DNA of 64,000 nt from Candidatus Saccharimonadota bacterium. GTDB taxonomy: Bacteria > Patescibacteriota > Saccharimonadia > Saccharimonadales > Saccharimonadaceae. The number at the start of each line of letters is the position of its first letter. The stretch's first letter is position 1. Shown here piece after piece: positions 28,766-38,235 of the stretch. Made by a program: the position numbers and the translations under genes. The stretch covers positions 451,800-515,799 of the forward strand of contig JAUMYN010000001.1 in assembly GCA_030528625.1 (NCBI GenBank). The letters run 5' to 3'. Below the pieces are notes generated by a model. The model had not been told where the DNA came from. It ran no database searches and worked only from the letters and a program-made list of their open reading frames with translations.

Positions 28766-28790
28766 ACTACAAAGTATATATTATGTAGTA
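28765..28790. promoter_or_regulatory. inverted repeat (7-bp arms, TACTACA...TGTAGTA) overlapping the relB start codon
   Basis: tactacaAAGTATATATTAtgtagta read directly. Likely an autoregulatory operator or an initiation-region structure. Confidence 0.4.
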
Positions 28791-28792
28791 TT

Positions 28793-29038
28793 TTATGTCA
28801 AGCCTACACCAAAAAATGACAGTTTTCGCCGCTGCGCACCCATCATCGCTCGATAACTAGCATAATTTTCGTGGTTTAGCCGCGTTTTTATCCGTCCGCG
28901 CATCCGCCCGTCCAACCTATGCCCGTCTGGCCAGAACTCTATGCCTAACATGTGTAGCTTCTTATGCGCCGGCGAAAGTTGATAAACTTTTGGATTTAGG
29001 CGCAACTTTAGCTGACGCAACATAAATTCCTCGCCCAA
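28793..29038 (-). CDS. small hypothetical ORF (possibly a gene remnant)
   Basis: 81-aa basic ORF with no ribosome-binding site and no recognisable domain, lying in a 350-bp gap between relB and hpf. Confidence 0.25.
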   Translation of the reverse strand: MGEEFMLRQLKLRLNPKVYQLSPAHKKLHMLGIEFWPDGHRLDGRMRGRIKTRLNHENYASYRAMMGAQRRKLSFFGVGLT

Positions 29039-29115
29039 AATCGCTGCCTGTCTGCTTGCCTGCCGCCGCTTGTCGCTAGTCTGTCACCGCAACATTCCAG
29101 CGTATCTCCGCTCTA

Positions 29116-29478
29116 CTACCGCTCGCGCATAAAACTGCGCTTAAAGCGTGCCAGGACACCACGGCTGCGGCCAACATGCGCCAGTGTATCGTCCTTATAA
29201 CGGCGCAGCTGGCCATTCAGCTTGGCCTCGACAATATCCACCGCCGCCAGCACATTCATGGTCGAATCTTTGGCGGTAATTTTCTTGTCTGGCACATTGA
29301 TAATCACCTCAACTTCATACTTGTTGCCGCTTGGATTGTCAATCTGTTTAATCTTGACATCAGCCGTGGCACTCTTGCGGGCGTGGCGCGGCAAAAAGCG
29401 GCCCAAGGCGCCAATTTTTTTCTCAACATACTGTTTCGTCTTGTCGGTCAGTTCGTACTTGACGCCAGTAATTGTCAT
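29116..29478 (-). CDS. hpf: ribosome hibernation promoting factor (HPF/RaiA family)
   Basis: MTITGVKYELTDKTKQYVEKKIGAL...YEVEVIINVP matches the short-HPF fold. Start at the internal Met of ORF 29116..29490. Confidence 0.8.
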   Translation of the reverse strand: MTITGVKYELTDKTKQYVEKKIGALGRFLPRHARKSATADVKIKQIDNPSGNKYEVEVIINVPDKKITAKDSTMNVLAAVDIVEAKLNGQLRRYKDDTLAHVGRSRGVLARFKRSFMRER

Positions 29479-29502
29479 GTGTTTAATCATAGTTCCTCCT
29501 TT

Positions 29503-29997
29503 TTACTGTGCCAATGTTATATTTTTCTTCTTCGCCATCTTCAATAATTCTTCGTGCATAATCATGATCTTGTCCTCATCGCCCAACCGACGGAAGCTTT
29601 CGCTCACCAGCGTGCGGTTCGGCTTTTTATAAATCGCTGCGTATATCTCTCTGATGTCGTTGGTCAAAGCCTCAACCTGCCAATCAAGCCTCTCTAGATG
29701 ATCCTTGACATCGCGCATGTCAGATTCGAGCGCGGTTAGCCTCGACTCAACAGAGGTGAGCCTATTTTCAATCAAATCCAGCCTGCCCTCGACAGCGTCA
29801 AGTCTACCCTCAACAGCGTCCAGCTTGCCCTCGACCGAATCAAGCCTACCTTCGACAGAATCCAATCTCTTTTCGATTGCGTCGAACCGTTTATCATGTT
29901 CATCAAGCCGCGGCAAAACAATCGTCTCAAGCGCCTCGACCACACCATCGGTGATCGCGCCTTTGATCCATTGCCTGTCGTCATTTGTCAGTGCCAT
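29503..29997 (-). CDS. heptad-repeat coiled-coil protein
   Basis: 164 aa with eight tandem heptads (RLDSVEG/KLDAVEG/RLDAVEG/RLDLIEN/RLTSVES/RLTALES). Confidence 0.6.
   Translation of the reverse strand: MALTNDDRQWIKGAITDGVVEALETIVLPRLDEHDKRFDAIEKRLDSVEGRLDSVEGKLDAVEGRLDAVEGRLDLIENRLTSVESRLTALESDMRDVKDHLERLDWQVEALTNDIREIYAAIYKKPNRTLVSESFRRLGDEDKIMIMHEELLKMAKKKNITLAQ
29721..29889 (-). repeat. imperfect 21-bp tandem repeats (about 8 units) encoding the heptads
   Basis: Units such as gccctcgacagcgtcaagtct / accctcaacagcgtccagctt / gccctcgaccgaatcaagcct are visible in the sequence. Confidence 0.75.
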
Positions 29998-30019
29998 TAT
30001 AAAGCCCTCCTATCCTCCA

Positions 30020-31261
30020 TTATATCACTTCGCGGCCGTTCATGTATGGCCTGAGAACTTCTGGGACGGTCAGCGTGCCGTCCTCGTTTTGGAAGTTTTC
30101 TAGGATGACAACTAGGCTGCGCGCCAGGCTCACTGCCGTGCCATTGAGTGTATGTGCTGCTTCAACCGTACCATCTTTACGGCGAACGCGGATATTGAGG
30201 CCATTCGCTTGATAATCGGTGCAATTTGAGCAGCTAGTCAGCTCGCGGAAGGTACCATCAACCGGCGACCAATACTCGATGTCGTATTTTTTAGCAGCGG
30301 GCGCACCCAAATCACCAGCAGCAATATTCACTACGTGATATGAAATGCCGATTTTTTGCCACAAAGCTTCTTCCACCGCCAAAATCTTTTCATGAATGTC
30401 GAGCGATTGTTCCGGCAAACAAAATGCATACATTTCCAGCTTGTTAAACTGGTGCACACGGAACAAACCACGGGTGTGTTTGCCGTAGGTGCCAGCTTCT
30501 TTGCGGTAACACGGGCTATAGCCGGTGTATAGCAGCGGCAAATCATCCTCATTCAATATCTCATCAGCGTGATATCCAGTCAGCGGCATTTCAGCGGTGC
30601 CGATCAGCGTCAAATCCTCGCCCTCAACCACATATTCGTTGCTGCCCTCGCCTTTTGGCGTAAAACCAGCGCCCTCGGCAGTGCGCAGATTGACCATATG
30701 CGGCACCGTCATAAAGGTGAAGCCCTGTCTGGTGACATAATCAAGCGCAAACTGCGTGATGGCGTTTTCCAACAGCGCCAAATCGCCCTTCAGATAGTAA
30801 AATTTGGCACCCGCCACCTTGGCGCCGCGCTCAAAATCCACCCAGCCGCGCTTCACGGCATAATCCAGATGATCCATGGCGCCCGTTTTTTGCTCGCCCC
30901 AGCGCTTGACCTCAACACTATCTTCCTCGCCACCCAGCGGCACATCCTCAAAGGTGATGTTTGGCACGTTTTTAAGCAGCGCATTGACCTGCTCTTCGGC
31001 AGATTTCAGCTCGGTTTCCAGTGCCGCCAACTGCTCCTTGATTGTCTTGCCCTGCTCGATCAAGCTCGGCTCCGGCTTGCCGCCTTTCATCTGCGCTGCG
31101 ATGTCGTTGCGCTGCTGGCGTAACGCGTCTACTTCTTGCTGAAGTTCGCGGCGACGGTCGTCTAGCCGCAGCAGCTCGACGATGGATACGTTGTAGCCCT
31201 TCTGGCGCGCCGCTTCCTGGACACGCTCAGCGTTTTCTCTGATAAAGCGAATATCTAACAT
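30020..31261 (-). CDS. serS: serine--tRNA ligase
   Basis: 413 aa with an N-terminal coiled-coil arm and class II motifs (FRVHQFNKLEMY, GDLGAPAAKKYDIE). The C-terminal GTLTVPEVL is typical of SerRS. Confidence 0.9.
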   Translation of the reverse strand: MLDIRFIRENAERVQEAARQKGYNVSIVELLRLDDRRRELQQEVDALRQQRNDIAAQMKGGKPEPSLIEQGKTIKEQLAALETELKSAEEQVNALLKNVPNITFEDVPLGGEEDSVEVKRWGEQKTGAMDHLDYAVKRGWVDFERGAKVAGAKFYYLKGDLALLENAITQFALDYVTRQGFTFMTVPHMVNLRTAEGAGFTPKGEGSNEYVVEGEDLTLIGTAEMPLTGYHADEILNEDDLPLLYTGYSPCYRKEAGTYGKHTRGLFRVHQFNKLEMYAFCLPEQSLDIHEKILAVEEALWQKIGISYHVVNIAAGDLGAPAAKKYDIEYWSPVDGTFRELTSCSNCTDYQANGLNIRVRRKDGTVEAAHTLNGTAVSLARSLVVILENFQNEDGTLTVPEVLRPYMNGREVI

Positions 31262-31338
31262 AGCTTCATTGTACTACACATAACAAAACGCCGCCACTTG
31301 CCAGCGACGGCGTTCGCTCCCACTAGGACGCAAACCGG

Positions 31339-32703
31339 CTATTCGGTGCGTAGCGCCTCGATCGGGTCAAGTTTAGCTGCCTTGCGGCTCGGCAGTAGCC
31401 CAGCGGTGATCGCTACCAGCATCAGCACTGCCACAACTACAATCGCCCAAAGCGGCTGAAAGACCAGCAGGTGATGTTCGCCCAGGCCAATACTCTTAGA
31501 GATCCACGGATTGAGCACTATACCGGCCACGCCCGCACCCAACACACCGAGTACACCGCCCAAAAAGCCGACCCACGCCGCCTCATAGCGGAACAGGCGG
31601 CCAATATCGCGCTTTGAGGCGCCCAGGGACTTCATCAGTCCAATCTGTTGCGTACGCTCCAGCACCGAGATGTACATAGTATTAACAATACCGAACACGC
31701 TCACCACCAGAGCCAACACCCCAAAGCCCAGGACAATCCATTGCAGCATATTCACGAAGGTGAATAACAGCCCTTGAATGTCTTTTGAGGTAAGCGCCGA
31801 AAAGCCCAGCTCGTCTTTCAAGGCTTTTTTCACCGCTTCAGGGTCTTTGCCGTCAGCTACTGTCGCCATCGCACTGGCGTATTTTTGATAGCGATCAGTA
31901 CCGAGGGTCGCAAAATCGGTCAATTCCTTGGCCGCCGACGGGCTAATGTAGGTATTTGGCGTATTCGTCATTTGATCTGGTGATTTCTTTGAGACCGCCA
32001 CGATGGTAAACTCTTTTTCGATCGTCTTGGCGCGAGTCAGCTCATGCAGCCCAGCCTCGCCCTGTTCTCGATAGACTTTCTCGATTTGCTGCTGGCTTAG
32101 TTCTTGCGGCGTCTGAGCGACCGTCAGCGTTAGCTTGCTCCCCACCAGCGCTTCTGTGGACAGTCCCAGCTCCTCGGCATAGGCCTGCGGCACAACTGCT
32201 TCGTTATCGGCCAATTGGACACCTTTGTTCATCGCCTTACCGCTGGCGGTCTCGAGGCGAATAGCACTATCGCGCATCATAACATCAGCGACATATTTTT
32301 TATCCGGTGTAGCGCTGAGGACAAAAAACTTTGGCTGTAGCTGATAAAATGGCTCAACATCTTTAAGATCGCTCCGCGCGCGCAGCTTGGTAATATCTTC
32401 AGCAGTGACCGAGGTAAATTCCCGGCCAAAATAGGTTGCTACGTCAGGTTTGTATTCTTTGAGCACTTTTTTGCTGGCACCGCCAACCGAAAGTGTCCCC
32501 TCATCGCGCGAAATCATCAACCCATTGGCGTTAATATTACTGGTGAGAATGCGGTCAACGTACTGGCGCGCGCCCTCGCCCGCCATCAGGCTCGCCATGA
32601 TAGCGAAGCCGCCGACGGCAATCGCAACGCTAGTGAGGAAGGTGCGCATTTTGGCGCGCTTCAGATTACGTCCGGCGCGGCGGATAATATCGGTAGTTCT
32701 CAT
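31339..32703 (-). CDS. MacB/FtsX-type ABC transporter permease (copy A)
   Basis: 454 aa: TM1, a periplasmic domain of about 280 aa, then three C-terminal TMs. Ends ...LDPIEALRTE. Overlaps the ATPase gene by 4 nt. Confidence 0.8.
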   Translation of the reverse strand: MRTTDIIRRAGRNLKRAKMRTFLTSVAIAVGGFAIMASLMAGEGARQYVDRILTSNINANGLMISRDEGTLSVGGASKKVLKEYKPDVATYFGREFTSVTAEDITKLRARSDLKDVEPFYQLQPKFFVLSATPDKKYVADVMMRDSAIRLETASGKAMNKGVQLADNEAVVPQAYAEELGLSTEALVGSKLTLTVAQTPQELSQQQIEKVYREQGEAGLHELTRAKTIEKEFTIVAVSKKSPDQMTNTPNTYISPSAAKELTDFATLGTDRYQKYASAMATVADGKDPEAVKKALKDELGFSALTSKDIQGLLFTFVNMLQWIVLGFGVLALVVSVFGIVNTMYISVLERTQQIGLMKSLGASKRDIGRLFRYEAAWVGFLGGVLGVLGAGVAGIVLNPWISKSIGLGEHHLLVFQPLWAIVVVAVLMLVAITAGLLPSRKAAKLDPIEALRTE

Positions 32704-33419
32704 GATACCGCCCCCTTTCGCGCCTTTCGGGTTGATGATGAGCTACCGCCTGTCACCTCTACCACCTCGCCATCCCTGATGCGCACCGTCATCTGACAAC
32801 GCGCCGCTAGTTCCTCGTCATGCGTCACAATAATCAGCGTCGCTTTTTTGCGCTGCTGATAGTCAAATAGTAGATCTTCGACGATCTTTGATGTGGCCGA
32901 ATCAAGATTGCCGGTCGGCTCATCAGCAAACAAAATCGGCGGTTCACCGACGATGGCCCGCGCAATCGCCAATCGCTGCTTTTGACCGCCCGACAGATCC
33001 TTAGCGCGCGATCTCACCTTATCAGACAGATCAACTGCTTTCAGGGCTTTTACGATGCGCGCCTTGCGCTGGTGCCGCGGCACGCCAGCGGTCTCTAGCG
33101 ACAAACTGACGTTATCGTAACAGGTCTCGCCGCCCTCGACAAAAAAGCTCTGGAAAATAAAGCCCATTTCTCGAGCCCGAAACTTATCAGTGGCGTGCGG
33201 TTTCAGCTGCAAAATATCCTCGCCATTGACCAGCACCTGGCCTTCTTGGGGCTTGTCCAGGCCCGAAATAGCATGCATCAGGGTTGATTTACCCGAGCCA
33301 GATTTGCCCAAGATGGCTACCGAGGTGTTGTCTGGAATTTCCAGACTAACCTGTTTGAGTGCCGTAAAGGCGTTTTTCTTCTTGCCGTACACTTTGGTAA
33401 TGCGTTTTACCTCAATCAT
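32700..33419 (-). CDS. ABC transporter ATP-binding protein (MacB/LolD-like)
   Basis: Walker A GKSGSGKST, signature LSGGQKQRLAIARA, Walker B ILFADEP. 239 aa. Confidence 0.9.
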   Translation of the reverse strand: MIEVKRITKVYGKKKNAFTALKQVSLEIPDNTSVAILGKSGSGKSTLMHAISGLDKPQEGQVLVNGEDILQLKPHATDKFRAREMGFIFQSFFVEGGETCYDNVSLSLETAGVPRHQRKARIVKALKAVDLSDKVRSRAKDLSGGQKQRLAIARAIVGEPPILFADEPTGNLDSATSKIVEDLLFDYQQRKKATLIIVTHDEELAARCQMTVRIRDGEVVEVTGGSSSSTRKARKGAVS

Positions 33420-33431
33420 ACGCGCTCCTTT

Positions 33432-34268
33432 CTATACTGCGGACAGTGTGCCGCTTAGTAACAATCCAATGATCACCCCGCCGAGGCCGAGACGATACCA
33501 AATAAACAATGAAAATGTGTTGCTGGCGACAAATTTGAGCAGCCAAGCAATTGACATATATCCCACCACAAAGGACACTGCGGTCGCCAATATAGTCGCG
33601 CTCCACCCTACGCCGCCAGCGATATGATGATACTGTGTCGCCGCTTGCAGCAGGCCAGCAGCCACCAGTGCCGGAATACCGAGGAAAAAGCTCAATTTCG
33701 TCACCGTCACCCGGTCAAATCCGCGCAGCAAGCCTACCGAGATGGTCGCGCCCGATCGACTGACCCCTGGGATGAGCGACAAACACTGCCCCGCGCCGAT
33801 AATCAGCGTGTCTTTCCAGGTCGTTTCCCGCTCGCCGCGTTTCGCCGTAGCATACTTGTCCGCCAGCCACATCACGCCGCTCCATACAATCAACGCTCCA
33901 GCCACAAACCACAGACTGCGTAGCACCGTCTCGATTTCGTCTTTGAAAACGAGACCGATGATGGCAATTGGCACTGACCCAATAATAATCGCCCAGCCAT
34001 AGTGATAATCAAACGAACGTCGCGCCCGCTGCCACCACAAGCCACGCCACCAGGCGACAAGCACCCGCCAAATATCCTGCCAAAAGTAGAGGATGGCCGC
34101 CAGAATGGCGCCAATCTGGATAATGGCTGTAAAGGCAATCAAGCTCCTGTCATCTAAAGGCATCCCCATCAACTTCTCGGCAATGGTCAAATGCCCAGTA
34201 CTCGAAATCGGCAAAAATTCGGTAATGCCCTCAATAATCCCCAGAATGATCGCCTGCCACCACTGCAC
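33432..34268 (-). CDS. uppP: undecaprenyl-diphosphatase
   Basis: 278 aa. IIEGITEFLPISSTGHL and GVSRSGATI are conserved UppP/BacA motifs. Confidence 0.85.
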   Translation of the reverse strand: MQWWQAIILGIIEGITEFLPISSTGHLTIAEKLMGMPLDDRSLIAFTAIIQIGAILAAILYFWQDIWRVLVAWWRGLWWQRARRSFDYHYGWAIIIGSVPIAIIGLVFKDEIETVLRSLWFVAGALIVWSGVMWLADKYATAKRGERETTWKDTLIIGAGQCLSLIPGVSRSGATISVGLLRGFDRVTVTKLSFFLGIPALVAAGLLQAATQYHHIAGGVGWSATILATAVSFVVGYMSIAWLLKFVASNTFSLFIWYRLGLGGVIIGLLLSGTLSAV

Positions 34269-34312
34269 GTATCTGTCCTTTCATTTCTTCCATCGTACCA
34301 CCAGCTTCCAGG

Positions 34313-35587
34313 CTATGGCAAGCTCGGTAGCAGCCGATAGCGATGATAGTATCGCCCGCTATCGCCATTATCTATCAGCGAGCCGCCATAGATAATCACC
34401 CGCGGCATCATGCTGTAGCAGCTAATTCGCGAGAACAGCCAGCGCGACCGGCAATGGGTGTCGCCCTGCACCACCAAGTTATCACCTCGTCGAACAATCT
34501 GTAGCTGCGGCGCTTCATCACCAATCGCCAAATAGCGCACCTCGGCCCGCATCGGCTGGCTACTTTGGCGCAGCTCCACATCAAGATACGGCATCGTTGT
34601 CTCAACAAATTTTGCCTGCGCAGCATCAGCTGGCAGCGGCAGTTCAACCACCCGCGACAGCCGCTGTTCATCGCGCGGCAACTCCCGCGCCATTTGCGCC
34701 CCAAAGATAACAATGCCCGACATGCTCAACGCCCCGACTACCAAGCTAATGATAATCGTCACCAATGCCGCTCGACCAAATCGCCACTTGATAGCGCCGG
34801 CCATGAGCGCACCAGACAGCATCGCTGCTGCCACGCCACCCACGATGAGCGATGTCAGCAGGCCCCACGCCCACGGTTGTGCCGCAAAACCGTTCATCAG
34901 TGCCACTACGCTCACGCCCATAAAGGTACCAATCATCAGGGCGATAATCAGCCCCAACGTCGCAAACAATAAACAGAAAACCAAGCAGACTTGCATAATC
35001 TTGACCGCCAGACGCTTAGTGCGAACCTTCGTATCATCACTGACAGAAAACTGTTTCAAGGCATCGAATGTCACTGCTTCGCCGCGCATCTGTAGCTTTT
35101 CAGCAGCCGTCCGTGCTTCTGGCACACTGATCCACAAGATGATATAGATCAGCAGTGAAGTACCTAGTGTAATAAACGGCGAAAGAATAAACAGTAGCCG
35201 AATCCATAGCGGGTTGATACCGAGGTAGGCTGCGATACCAGCACACACGCCAGCCAGAACAGCCTTGTCCGGGTCGCGCATCAGTCGCTTCGGCGGTTTA
35301 TTACCAACTTCACCTGTCGCCGTTTCAGCCGCCTCGCCGCTAGAAAACTCCTTCGGCTCGCCCATTTGAGTACGCAGCGCAGCGACGTCTGCTGCCGTAA
35401 TCACGCCGCCAGCAGCCACTCCTCGCTCGCCCAATAGCTCGACCATGCGTGCCTCAATTTCATACATAGCCTCTTCCGAGCCCATCATGCGCTCGATGTC
35501 TCGCAGATAGCCCTCCAGAGATTTTTTAGCATCGACCTCTATATCATAGCCGGTCTTTGCCAAATGCACTCGTACAATTTCTTTCAC
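34313..35587 (-). CDS. PspC-domain membrane protein
   Basis: RLMRDPDKAVLAGVCAGIAAYLGINPLWIRLLFIL is a PspC domain. It is followed by about 5 further TM helices and a C-terminal beta-rich tail. ATGA overlap with the upstream PadR gene. Confidence 0.7.
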   Translation of the reverse strand: MKEIVRVHLAKTGYDIEVDAKKSLEGYLRDIERMMGSEEAMYEIEARMVELLGERGVAAGGVITAADVAALRTQMGEPKEFSSGEAAETATGEVGNKPPKRLMRDPDKAVLAGVCAGIAAYLGINPLWIRLLFILSPFITLGTSLLIYIILWISVPEARTAAEKLQMRGEAVTFDALKQFSVSDDTKVRTKRLAVKIMQVCLVFCLLFATLGLIIALMIGTFMGVSVVALMNGFAAQPWAWGLLTSLIVGGVAAAMLSGALMAGAIKWRFGRAALVTIIISLVVGALSMSGIVIFGAQMARELPRDEQRLSRVVELPLPADAAQAKFVETTMPYLDVELRQSSQPMRAEVRYLAIGDEAPQLQIVRRGDNLVVQGDTHCRSRWLFSRISCYSMMPRVIIYGGSLIDNGDSGRYYHRYRLLPSLP

Positions 35588-35931
35588 TTTCCCGCTCCTT
35601 TCTCTAGCGTCTTTAGTGTTGCGTGCAAGGTGTTCATGTGCATTCGAAGTTCCGCTGCCACCGCGCGTCCCAGATCAGTTGCGCAGTAATATTTACGCGG
35701 CGGCCCCTGTTCCGACTCGCGCCATTCATAACTCAACAGACCGTCCTTGTGCAGCCGATTGAGCAAAGGATAAATCGTCCCTTCGACCACCACCATCATT
35801 GCTTCGCTCAACCGACGAACAATATCGCCAGTGTAATGCGCCTGGTTGCTGCACATCAGCAGCACGCAGTAGGCCATAAAACCCTTACGTAGCTGCGTTG
35901 CCAGACCATCCGCGTAGTGTTTGGCGTCCAT
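35584..35931 (-). CDS. PadR-family transcriptional regulator
   Basis: 115 aa. The winged-helix core LRKGFMAYCVLLM...HYTGDIVRRLSE...EGTIYPLLNRLHKDGLLSYEWRESEQGPPRKYY is typical of PadR. Confidence 0.8.
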   Translation of the reverse strand: MDAKHYADGLATQLRKGFMAYCVLLMCSNQAHYTGDIVRRLSEAMMVVVEGTIYPLLNRLHKDGLLSYEWRESEQGPPRKYYCATDLGRAVAAELRMHMNTLHATLKTLEKGAGK

Positions 35932-35940
35932 CAGTTTCTC

Positions 35941-37212
35941 CTATTCCGTCCTCAATGCTTCTATCGGATCAAGCTTTGCCGCTCGACGACTCGGCAGCCA
36001 ACCCGACAGCACCGCCAAACACACCAACCCTGCCAGCAGTAGCGCAATCGGCAGCGGCGTCAGCACCAACAGCTGTGTTCCCGCCTCAAGCTCTAAAAAC
36101 TGCGCGATCATCGGATTGAACAGCGTCACCACCATCGCACCGGCCACGCCAATCACCCCGCCGAGCAGCCCCACCCAGGCCGCCTCATAGCGAAACAGCC
36201 GGCCAATATCGCGTCCTGACGCGCCGAGTGCTTTCATCAAGCCGATCTGCTGCGTCCGCTCCAGCACCGAAATATACATTGTATTGATAATACCAAACAC
36301 GCTGGCCAGCAGCGCCAGCGCGCCAAAGCCCATCAGTCCGTATTGCGCCGTACTCACCATCGTCAGCAGCGTTGAACGCATATCCTGTAGTGAAAATGCT
36401 TCATAGTGCTTCTTTAGCTCGTCCTGAAGCGCCGCAACATGACTTGCGTCGTCGGCAAACACATTCACACTGTGATATTCATGCGGTGCGTCGCTCGGCC
36501 GGCCCACTTCATACACCGTCCGCGCGTCCGCCGAGGAAATGCGCACCGCAGGTTTATAGTACACCAGTGTGTCCGACTTCTTATCGACCGCTGCAATCGT
36601 TAGCGGTATATCTTTCGCCGCTCCAACGCTCTGGACGTGCAGCGTAATAGTCTGACCGATAGCGCTGGCCGCATCAGCAAAGCCAAATTGCGCCAAAAAA
36701 TCCTCAGCCATCACCGCCTGACCAGGCGCTGGCATTTGCTGCTCCAGCGACCCCGCTGCCAACTCCACCCGCGTCTTGTCATGCTTGACCTTCACTGGTG
36801 CCATGATTTTCTTGCCATTGGCTCCACTTTGTACATACTGGACGCTATCAGTCGAATACGCCGGCACCACGCGCGCAACATGCGGCAATCGCCGTATACC
36901 CGCCAGATCCTCATCAGTCAGCACCCTCTTATCGACAGCAATATCCGACTGTTTCGTAGTATCGTGTTCCGTGTTATATTCGGGCAGCTCTTCCTTGCCG
37001 CCATCAGGGTGCTTTGGCGCCACAATAATCATCTCGCGATCACCCGATCCGCTCACCAGATTTTCGGTGTAGCGTCGACCACCCTCGCCCGCTGCCATCG
37101 CTAAAGCGATTGTCAACGCCCCAACGCTAATCGCCAGCGCCGTCAGCACCGTTCGCCCCTTGGCGCGCCGCAGATTACGCATTGCCCGCCGCACAATATC
37201 ACGCCGCTTCAT
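35941..37212 (-). CDS. MacB/FtsX-type ABC transporter permease (copy B, paralogue of 31339..32703)
   Basis: 423 aa with the same topology as copy A and the same N- and C-terminal signatures (RRAxRNLxRAKxRT ... LDPIEALRTE). No adjacent ATPase. Confidence 0.8.
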   Translation of the reverse strand: MKRRDIVRRAMRNLRRAKGRTVLTALAISVGALTIALAMAAGEGGRRYTENLVSGSGDREMIIVAPKHPDGGKEELPEYNTEHDTTKQSDIAVDKRVLTDEDLAGIRRLPHVARVVPAYSTDSVQYVQSGANGKKIMAPVKVKHDKTRVELAAGSLEQQMPAPGQAVMAEDFLAQFGFADAASAIGQTITLHVQSVGAAKDIPLTIAAVDKKSDTLVYYKPAVRISSADARTVYEVGRPSDAPHEYHSVNVFADDASHVAALQDELKKHYEAFSLQDMRSTLLTMVSTAQYGLMGFGALALLASVFGIINTMYISVLERTQQIGLMKALGASGRDIGRLFRYEAAWVGLLGGVIGVAGAMVVTLFNPMIAQFLELEAGTQLLVLTPLPIALLLAGLVCLAVLSGWLPSRRAAKLDPIEALRTE

Positions 37213-37272
37213 ACTTGCTCCTTTCGCTATTCATACTACTATGTTATACAAGGTAGTTTGAAAAGTCAAGTA

Positions 37273-38229
37273 TCAGATTTCGTCAAACTCGTCCTCAATC
37301 TCTTGGTTTAAGATTTCTTCGATAACATCCTCCAGGGTAATAATCCCCACTTCTCGGTCGCCGTCCATCACCACGAACAGATGGCTGCGGGTCTGAATGC
37401 AGCGGCTCAGCACCGTGTCCAGCCGCGAGCGAGCATCAATATCGTGCAGCTTGTCGCGATACAGCTGGCTAATTGGCAGCGGCAGCTCGCGTCCTACCAC
37501 GTCTTTCATAAACAGCACGCCAACCAACCTGCCCTGATGGCGCACCGGAATCCGCGAATGATGGCCGCCACGCTTGATCTGAGCCAACAAGGCCGCATTC
37601 AGCTCATCGCTCAGCGCCACCGTCTGCACGTCGGCCAGCGGCGTGGCCACATCGCCAGCCGTCTTTTTACTAAACCGCAGCGCTCCTGCTGCGATACGGC
37701 TTTCGTCATAATCGACCGGGCTACTGGCGCTGGCGGCATGTTCGTGAAGCAGCTGCTCCAATTCCTGATGAGTGTACAGCTGCGGCGGTTCTTTGCCAAC
37801 CCAGCGCGCCAATAGCCGCGACACTGGCAGCGCCAGCGGCCACAACACCACATATAGCACATCCAGCAGCCAGAAAAAATGCCGCGTAAAGCGATAACCT
37901 CGCTGGCTAAACACCGCTTGCGGCAAAATCTCGCCAAACGTGGTAATCAGCACCGTCGCCAAGATACCGCCCACCAGGCCGCTAGTGATGCTGCCAAGTA
38001 AAATCGACATCGCGGTATTGACGCCAACATTACCAAGGAGAATACAAAATATCAGATAGTGCCCGTCGCGGCGATAGCGATAGACTCGCGCAGCAATCGC
38101 ATCACCCTGGCGTGCTTTGCGGCGCAAATCATCAGGGTGCGCCATCATCATACCAATATTCAGCCCCGAGAAAATCCCGCTCAAACACAGCAGCACGGCC
38201 GCTATGGCCAACATGAGTCCGCTTTCCAT
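37273..38229 (-). CDS. HlyC/CorC-family transporter (DUF21-CBS pair-CorC_HlyC)
   Basis: 318 aa with an N-terminal 3-4 TM DUF21 region, then a CBS pair (FMKDVV...) and a C-terminal transporter-associated domain. Confidence 0.75.
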   Translation of the reverse strand: MESGLMLAIAAVLLCLSGIFSGLNIGMMMAHPDDLRRKARQGDAIAARVYRYRRDGHYLIFCILLGNVGVNTAMSILLGSITSGLVGGILATVLITTFGEILPQAVFSQRGYRFTRHFFWLLDVLYVVLWPLALPVSRLLARWVGKEPPQLYTHQELEQLLHEHAASASSPVDYDESRIAAGALRFSKKTAGDVATPLADVQTVALSDELNAALLAQIKRGGHHSRIPVRHQGRLVGVLFMKDVVGRELPLPISQLYRDKLHDIDARSRLDTVLSRCIQTRSHLFVVMDGDREVGIITLEDVIEEILNQEIEDEFDEI

Positions 38230-38235
38230 CCGAAT

